Assembly (NCBI GenBank): GCA_963980225.1
Contig: CAXBYW010000003.1
Location: 32,431-96,430 of the forward strand
Source of the DNA: an uncultured bacterium
GTDB taxonomy: Bacteria > Patescibacteriota > Microgenomatia > UBA1400 > MFAQ01
DNA: 64,000 nt
Direction of reading: 5' to 3'
In this document: positions 58,801 through 64,000 of the stretch, in pieces
How the letters are laid out: each line of letters starts with the position of its first letter
Position numbering within the stretch: the stretch's first letter is position 1
Translations under genes and position numbers: made by a program
The notes under the pieces: generated by a model
Databases searched by the model: none
What the model saw: the letters and a program-made list of their open reading frames with translations, nothing else
Told to the model about the DNA's origin: nothing

Positions 58801-59209
58801 ACAACCTCTAGGAGGAAAAGCTCAAAGAGGTGGTCAAAGATTGGGAGAAATGGAAGTTTGGGCCCTAGAAGCCCACAAAGCCGCCCATGGTTTACAGGAA
58901 ATGCTGACATTAAAGTCAGACGATGTGGTTGGTCGCTCAAAGGCCTTCGAAGCAATCGTTAAAGGACTACCTATTCCTGAATCCACTACTCCAGAATCAT
59001 TCAAGGTTTTAATAAAAGAACTAAACGCACTGAATCTAGCCATCATACCAGTGGGGACAGCCGCACCGGTGATAAAAGAAGCAGAGGTAGAGGAAACAAA
59101 GAAAGAAGTTCAAGAGGGAGTAGAAGACTCAAAACCAGACCATGTTTCTAGTAATTTGGCTTCTGAAGAAAACAATACTGAAGAATTAAAAACAACTAAT
59201 AACAAATAA
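55811..59209 (+). CDS. rpoB: RNA polymerase beta subunit
   Basis: GTFVINGVERV, DDIDHLANRR, PEGPNIGL, GDKLAGRHGNKG, HARSTGPYS, GGQRLGEMEVWALEA. Confidence 0.98.
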   Translation: MHRKKRENWGNVKHKLPTLDLVKIQLDSYSDFLNNRIGESLLKVNPIKDFSGNAFQFEFLSHKIGDPKTTPKKALEKGITFDAPLWAIAKLTNLKTNKFQEKKVFLGDIPLMTSIGTFVINGVERVVINQLVRSPGVYFTKEIDPQSGRPLHKAEIRPIHGSWIEIMVSKNDHLSVRVDRRRKISVTTLLRAIGFSSNEEIEALFKDVDVDTDHPYIATTLLKDTSSNTDEALLEFYEKIRPGEPAVLENAKNLLKQMFFDHRRYNLGAVGRYKTNKKLASFRSVSTDSTTLTKDDLVATIKYLISLQNGKGKTDDIDHLANRRLRQVGELVDQTALRRGLLSLERSIREKMSLAKPEELHTPASFVNPRPVVAAIAEFFRRNRLSAILDQVNPLSEIDTIRRATVMGPGGVTRERASFSMRDIHNSQYSRIGPIRSPEGPNIGLVTYLALYTKVNKYGFLQSPYLKVDQITKNDKPLMKVTNEIVYLTADDEEDYYITHAEVGQKNSYITDKWVACRYQGEFIEVDVNKVQYIDIVPRQVVSTSASLIPFVHHDDGIRALMGSHMQTQAVPLLKAESPVIGTGMESVIASSMGWVVKARHAGTVTSSDGQHISIKISKKDASEATKAKLETEYGYIQIKSDIETYQIRKFYRTSQNTSYSQKPLVLAGEKVEAGDLIIDGPASENGELALGQNLLIAYMSFEGLGYEDAIVVSSRLLEKDLLSSIHISEHTAEVMDTKLGPEELTNDIPNVSEHDLRYLGTDGIIIPGSVVGPRDILIGKIAPKGETELTAEERLLRAIFGEKAREVRDTSLKLPHGDQGVVVSVQVLDREKGDELSPGVIQQVKVQVAQLRKITVGDKLAGRHGNKGVISKIVPKTDMPHMANGRPIDIIISPLSVLARMNLGQLLEAQLGIAAEAQDKKIAVPVFERIPEEKINQLLVKSGLPISGKLQLYDGRTGEKFIEKTATGVAYILKLIHMVEDKTHARSTGPYSLVTQQPLGGKAQRGGQRLGEMEVWALEAHKAAHGLQEMLTLKSDDVVGRSKAFEAIVKGLPIPESTTPESFKVLIKELNALNLAIIPVGTAAPVIKEAEVEETKKEVQEGVEDSKPDHVSSNLASEENNTEELKTTNNK

Positions 59210-59215
59210 AAATTT

Positions 59216-62200
59216 ATGAAAACTCCTCACGCATTTTCTGGCCTAAAGATACGCCTAGCTTCACCAGAAGAAGTTCGTGGTTGGTCAAATGGTGAAGTAA
59301 CAAAACCAGAAACCATCAATTATAGAACCCAAAAACCAGAAAAAGATGGCCTCTTTTGTGAAAGGATTTTTGGACCCACCAAGGATTGGGAATGTTACTG
59401 TGGTAAATACAAAAGAGTTAGATTTAGAGGTATCGTCTGTGATAAGTGTGGTGTAGAAGTTACCCAGAGTCGAGTTCGCAGAGAAAGAATGGGCCACTTA
59501 GAATTAGCCGCTCCAGTCTGTCATGTCTGGTTTTTTAAGGGAGCTCCATCCAAACTATCTCTTTTGTTAGATATCCCACCAAAAAGTCTTACTTCCATCG
59601 TTTATTTTTCTAAGTACCTAATACTTTCAGTTGACGAGGAAAAACAGAAGCAAGCCTTAAAGGACATAGAAATTGAGTTAAAGGGAAAGATTGAAGAAGT
59701 CCGCCAAATTTTTAATAAACAAATAGAAGAACTAAAAAGCAAAGCAAAGAAAGACTTAAGTAGTCTCAAAAAAGAAATTAAAGTGCAAGATGAGTTAGCT
59801 CTAAAAATAGACCAGTTAAAAACAGAGACAAAACGCTTGGTTGCTTCTCAGCGAGAGCAAATGGTTGGGGAAATAACTATGGTAGAAGAGATTTACAACA
59901 GGCTAACCGTATTAATCAAGCAAATCAAACAAAACGGTCTTTTATCCGACTCAGAGTATCAAAAACTTTTGGATTACAATAGTAGCGATTGGCTATCTGT
60001 TGACATGGGTGCAGAGGCAATCTTAGAAGCTATCAAAAAGGTTAATCTGGAAGCTTTGGTTTTAGATCTAAAAGAAGATTTAAACAGCACCTCAGAAGCC
60101 AAACGCCTAAAGGCCACGAAGAGGCTACAAGTAGCCCAAGGACTCTTGAGTGCGGAAGTCAATCCAGAATGGATGATTCTTCGCGTACTACCAATCATGC
60201 CTCCAGACCTAAGACCTATGGTTCAATTATCTGGTGGTAGATTTGCGGCTTCTGATTCCAATGATTTATATAGAAGGGTTATTAATAGAAATAACAGGCT
60301 TAAACATCTTTTAGATCTTGGCGCGCCAAAAATAATTGTAAGAAACGAAAAAAGGATGCTTCAAGAGTCAGTTGACTCTCTTATAGACGCTTCTCAAGCA
60401 AAAACAAGCCGCAGAACCCGAGCGGGTCGGGATCTCAAGAGTCTGTCTGACTCCTTAAAGGGTAAACAAGGTCGTTTCCGTCAAAATCTATTAGGAAAAC
60501 GTGTAGACTACTCAGGTCGTTCAGTGATTGTTGTTGGTCCAGAACTAAAACTAAATCAATGTGGTCTTCCAAAAGACATGGCTTTAGAAATGTTTAAACC
60601 TTTTGTTCTTCATGAAGTAATCAAGCAAGACTTAGCTCCAAATGTAAGAGCCGCTAAAGACCTGATAGAAAAACGCCAGCCAGAAATTTTTGATATCCTA
60701 GAAAAAGTCACCAGGAAGCACCCTGTCCTTCTAAATCGTGCTCCAACCTTACATAAACTGTCCATTCAAGCCTTTTGGCCAGTATTAGTGGAAGGAGCAG
60801 CTATTAGGTTGCATCCAGTGGTTTGTGCTGGTTTCAATGCCGACTTTGATGGAGACCAAATGGCCGTCCATGTTCCTTTAACAAAAAAGGCCAGGAAAGA
60901 AGCAGTTAAATACATGCTTCCAGAGAAAAATCTTCTTAAGCCATCAGATGGACACCCAGAAAGCATTCCAGACAAAAAAGAAATGGCCATTGGTGTCTAT
61001 TACCTCACTTCCCATGATCCAGAACTACCAGAGATTTTAACTGTTTTTTCTTCACCAGAAGAAGCCAAAAAAGCCTATCAAACAGGTACAATAAGCTTCC
61101 GTCAACTTATTAAAGTTCGTTTACTACCGACATCTAAGGAGATAACTGAAACAACAACAGGAAGAATTATATTTAATGATATCTTGCCCGTAGAATGGGA
61201 ATTCATAAACCATGGATTAACTAGAAAAGAAATAAGCTCTTTATTTGAGAGAGCCATTAAACAGCTTGATAGTAAGGACGTGGTTAAGTTAATAGATGCA
61301 GTAAAAGATTTGGGCTTTGAAACAGGAACAATATCTGGCCTATCATTTGCAATAACAGACAATGAACTATATGCAGACAAGGATAAGGTTATTGAAGAGG
61401 CTAATCAAAAAGCTAAGGAAATAGAAGACAACTTCAAGCTTGGTCTGATTACCAATGACGAAAGAAAAAAACTAGTTGTACAAATGTGGATGGATACAAC
61501 AGAAGATTTGACCGAAAAAACATGGAAATCATTCTCTAAAGACAACCCGGTTCGATTGATTGTTGATACAGGAATGGGTCGTATCACAAAGAATACCGTC
61601 AAACAGTTGTCTGCCATGAGGGGAATCAATGTAGATCCGTTAGGTAACTTTGTGGAGCTTCCTACCAAGGGTAATTTCCGTCAGGGTCTGTCAATTTTTG
61701 AATATGTAAATGCAATTCGTGGATCTAGAAAAGGTTTAACAGACACTGCTTTGAGGACCGCGGATGCAGGTTATTTGACTAGACGTTTGGTAGACGTGAG
61801 TCACGACGCAATCATCCGTTCTAAAGACTGCAACACCAAAGAGTTTATTGAAATAAGTCTTGACAAGCTCGGACCCGTTAAATTTTCAAGGCAAATAGTT
61901 GGTAGAAATGTTGCCAAAAAAGTTCTTGATCCAAATACAAAGAAAGTTTTGGTTAAAAAGGGTGAAAACATAAGTGAAGAAATGGTTTCGGTTATTGTTG
62001 CTGCTAAAGTAAAAATAATTTACGCTCGCTCACCTATTGTCTGTGGGCTAAAATCTGGGCTATGTATAGCATGTTATGGATTTAATTATGCTACCAATAA
62101 GCAGGCAGTTATTGGTGATCCAGTTGGAATCATCGCTGCCCAGTCAATTGGAGAGCCGGGGACACAGCTGACTATGAGAACTAAGCATTCTGGTGGTGTG

Positions 62201-62923
62201 GCAGGACTAGATGTAACCCAAGGCTTACCTAGGGTAACAGAGCTTTTTGAGGTCAGAACACCTAAAGTCCTATCTCCAGTTGCTGAAATAGCCGGAAAAG
62301 TAAGTGTTAAAGAAACACCTACTGGTTACAAGCTGACTATCGCTCCAACAAACTCGAAAGAAGAAGGTAAGGAGTATTTAATTCCTTTAGTGCAAAATAT
62401 GAGTGTTTCTCATGGTGACTTAGTTGGAGTAGGTACACAACTGGCTTCCGGTGGGATAGACGTAAAGAAGTATCTAAACATCAAGGGTTTAAGAGGTACG
62501 CAAGACTATTTGATTAAAGAGGTACAGTCCATATATGCATCACAAGGAATAAACATTCACAACAAGCATCTAGAGGTTATTGTTAGGCAGATGAGTGACA
62601 GGGTGAAAATAGATACTGTTGGAGATACAATTTTAATTCCAGGTGAAATACTTTCTATGGCAGGATTCGAAAGAGCTAACAAAGCTGCTATTGCACAAGG
62701 TGGAGAACCAGCTTCAGCAATAAGGTTAATCCTTGGTACTATCAGATCTTCTCTGTACACAGATTCATGGTTATCTGCTGCTTCTTTCCAGGACACAACT
62801 CAAGTATTAACCACTGCTTCTCTCCAGGGTAAGGTGGATCACTTAGTTGGATTAAAAGAGAACGTTATTATTGGAAGATTAATCCCCAGCAACAAAGCCA
62901 GGGCAAGTTTCGACACAGTCTGA
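59216..62923 (+). CDS. rpoC: RNA polymerase beta' subunit
   Basis: [70 protein letters not shown]. Confidence 0.98.
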   Translation: MKTPHAFSGLKIRLASPEEVRGWSNGEVTKPETINYRTQKPEKDGLFCERIFGPTKDWECYCGKYKRVRFRGIVCDKCGVEVTQSRVRRERMGHLELAAPVCHVWFFKGAPSKLSLLLDIPPKSLTSIVYFSKYLILSVDEEKQKQALKDIEIELKGKIEEVRQIFNKQIEELKSKAKKDLSSLKKEIKVQDELALKIDQLKTETKRLVASQREQMVGEITMVEEIYNRLTVLIKQIKQNGLLSDSEYQKLLDYNSSDWLSVDMGAEAILEAIKKVNLEALVLDLKEDLNSTSEAKRLKATKRLQVAQGLLSAEVNPEWMILRVLPIMPPDLRPMVQLSGGRFAASDSNDLYRRVINRNNRLKHLLDLGAPKIIVRNEKRMLQESVDSLIDASQAKTSRRTRAGRDLKSLSDSLKGKQGRFRQNLLGKRVDYSGRSVIVVGPELKLNQCGLPKDMALEMFKPFVLHEVIKQDLAPNVRAAKDLIEKRQPEIFDILEKVTRKHPVLLNRAPTLHKLSIQAFWPVLVEGAAIRLHPVVCAGFNADFDGDQMAVHVPLTKKARKEAVKYMLPEKNLLKPSDGHPESIPDKKEMAIGVYYLTSHDPELPEILTVFSSPEEAKKAYQTGTISFRQLIKVRLLPTSKEITETTTGRIIFNDILPVEWEFINHGLTRKEISSLFERAIKQLDSKDVVKLIDAVKDLGFETGTISGLSFAITDNELYADKDKVIEEANQKAKEIEDNFKLGLITNDERKKLVVQMWMDTTEDLTEKTWKSFSKDNPVRLIVDTGMGRITKNTVKQLSAMRGINVDPLGNFVELPTKGNFRQGLSIFEYVNAIRGSRKGLTDTALRTADAGYLTRRLVDVSHDAIIRSKDCNTKEFIEISLDKLGPVKFSRQIVGRNVAKKVLDPNTKKVLVKKGENISEEMVSVIVAAKVKIIYARSPIVCGLKSGLCIACYGFNYATNKQAVIGDPVGIIAAQSIGEPGTQLTMRTKHSGGVAGLDVTQGLPRVTELFEVRTPKVLSPVAEIAGKVSVKETPTGYKLTIAPTNSKEEGKEYLIPLVQNMSVSHGDLVGVGTQLASGGIDVKKYLNIKGLRGTQDYLIKEVQSIYASQGINIHNKHLEVIVRQMSDRVKIDTVGDTILIPGEILSMAGFERANKAAIAQGGEPASAIRLILGTIRSSLYTDSWLSAASFQDTTQVLTTASLQGKVDHLVGLKENVIIGRLIPSNKARASFDTV

Positions 62924-62941
62924 TAAAATACAGCCTAACCT

Positions 62942-63376
62942 ATGCCTACAATTAATCAACTCGTCAAACGAAAAAGAAAAAGCCTCAAAAAGAAGGTTAA
63001 GGCTTCTGCACTGCGTAAAAGCTTTAACTCTGTCAAGCGTCGCATGACAGACACAGTCAATCCTCACAAGAGCGGCGTCTGTCTTCAGGTTAAAACAATG
63101 ACTCCTAAGAAACCTAACTCAGCCCTAAGAAAGGTCGCTAGAGTAAGGCTTAGTAATCGTCAAGAAGTCACCGCTTATATAATGGGCGAGGGACACAATC
63201 TAGCAGAACACTCAGTAGTTTTAATCCGTGGCGGTCGTGTTAGAGATCTCCCCGGAGTTAAGTATCATATTGTTCGCGGTAAACTAGACACAGCGGGTGT
63301 TGAGGGTAGAAAATCAAGTCGCTCCAAATATGGTGCCAGAAAATCAGGAAATGCCCCAGTCAACCAAGACGCTTAA
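62942..63376 (+). CDS. rpsL: 30S ribosomal protein S12
   Basis: [37 protein letters not shown]. Confidence 0.98.
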   Translation: MPTINQLVKRKRKSLKKKVKASALRKSFNSVKRRMTDTVNPHKSGVCLQVKTMTPKKPNSALRKVARVRLSNRQEVTAYIMGEGHNLAEHSVVLIRGGRVRDLPGVKYHIVRGKLDTAGVEGRKSSRSKYGARKSGNAPVNQDA

Positions 63377-63391
63377 TAAATTTATATAAAA

Positions 63392-63868
63392 ATGAGAACT
63401 AAGAAAGCCCCTAAAAGAAAAATAATAAAAGATTCCGTATACAGCTCTTCTCTGGTGAGTAAAATGATTAATGCTTGTATGTACAGTGGGAAAAAGACTA
63501 TCGCCCAAAAACATGTATATGGCGCTCTTCAAGTAATTAAGGATAAGACAAAAAAAGACGAATTAACAGTTTTAACAGAAGCGATAGAAAACATATCTCC
63601 TCAGATGGAAGTGAGACCAAGAAGAGTTGGTGGCGCCAGCTATCAAGTTCCTATGTCAGTTAGGCCGGACAGAAAACAAACCCTAGCTATAAGGTGGTTG
63701 ATTCAGTCTGCCAGACAAAGACCTAATGGTGAGTTTCACACCTTTGGAGAAAAAATAGCTGCTGAAGTTTTAGATGCACATCAAAATCAAGGAGCAAGTA
63801 TTAAGAAAAAACTAGATACTCAAAAAATGGCAGAAGCCAACCGCGCCTTCGCCCATTTCCGCTGGTAA
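63392..63868 (+). CDS. rpsG: 30S ribosomal protein S7
   Basis: [38 protein letters not shown]. Confidence 0.98.
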   Translation: MRTKKAPKRKIIKDSVYSSSLVSKMINACMYSGKKTIAQKHVYGALQVIKDKTKKDELTVLTEAIENISPQMEVRPRRVGGASYQVPMSVRPDRKQTLAIRWLIQSARQRPNGEFHTFGEKIAAEVLDAHQNQGASIKKKLDTQKMAEANRAFAHFRW

Positions 63869-63885
63869 TTATTTCCCACAAAATC

Positions 63886-64000
63886 ATGGCTACCATAAAA
63901 GACGACAAACAAAAAGATCTCTCCTTAGACAGGGTAAGAAATATTGGTGTTATTGCTCACATTGATGCTGGTAAGACTACTACCACAGAAAGAATACTTT
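63886..64000 (+). CDS. fusA: Elongation factor G (5' end, runs off window)
   Basis: Not in ORF track. Manual translation [38 protein letters not shown]; follows rpsL-rpsG. Confidence 0.92.
   Translation, partial: MATIKDDKQKDLSLDRVRNIGVIAHIDAGKTTTTERIL

Noticed and set aside
760-63532. Numerous 60-170 aa ORFs antisense to or nested in identified genes
   Set aside because: No motifs, and they overlap well-supported genes; treated as shadow ORFs
1-64000. Alternative genetic code (TGA = Gly) as in Gracilibacteria/Absconditabacteria
   Set aside because: Core genes are full length under code 11, and TGA ends tpiA, alaS, mltG and rpoC at the expected positions
1-64000. tRNA, rRNA, tmRNA, IS elements, introns or inteins
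   Set aside because: Intergenic gaps are mostly under 130 bp with no cloverleaf or terminal repeats seen, and no intein motifs were noticed in the helicases or RNAP subunits; a covariance-model scan was not run

Overview
AT-rich, very gene-dense core-genome segment of a reduced bacterium. It is most likely Patescibacteria/CPR of Microgenomates type. This is inferred from a short IF2, MetRS and AlaRS, missing rimP/rbfA/truB/ribF, divergent RpoB/RpoC and a TrpR-like gene. TGA is used as stop, so the code is standard code 11. The first 28 kb holds envelope and glycosylation genes (UbiA-type prenyl-phosphate phosphoribosyltransferase, WecA/TagO, GT-C, GT2, DUF2298, LCP, two Fem ligases), DNA repair genes (TatD, RmuC, a UvrD-nuclease fusion, PcrA), and a pilN-pilO operon that continues into Pro/Thr/Cys-rich surface proteins, two ending in [LV]PEAG sorting signals. 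From 28 to 64 kb the order is rpsT, murJ, lepA, hrcA-grpE-dnaK-dnaJ, nusA-infB, rpsO-pnp, a protease-less Lon AAA+ module, rnj, ftsK, alaS, an actin-fold/baseplate-J-like fusion, sortase, ruvX, mltG, rpoBC, rpsL, rpsG and the start of fusA. I saw no rRNA, tRNA, CRISPR array or mobile element. The most notable items are the candidate pilus-linked sortase/PEAG surface-display system, the actin-fold/baseplate-J-like membrane protein, the stand-alone Lon ATPase with a rewired pore loop, pervasive leaderless and bidirectional promoters, and a heavily substituted rifampicin pocket. All calls are from motif recognition by eye; no searches were run.
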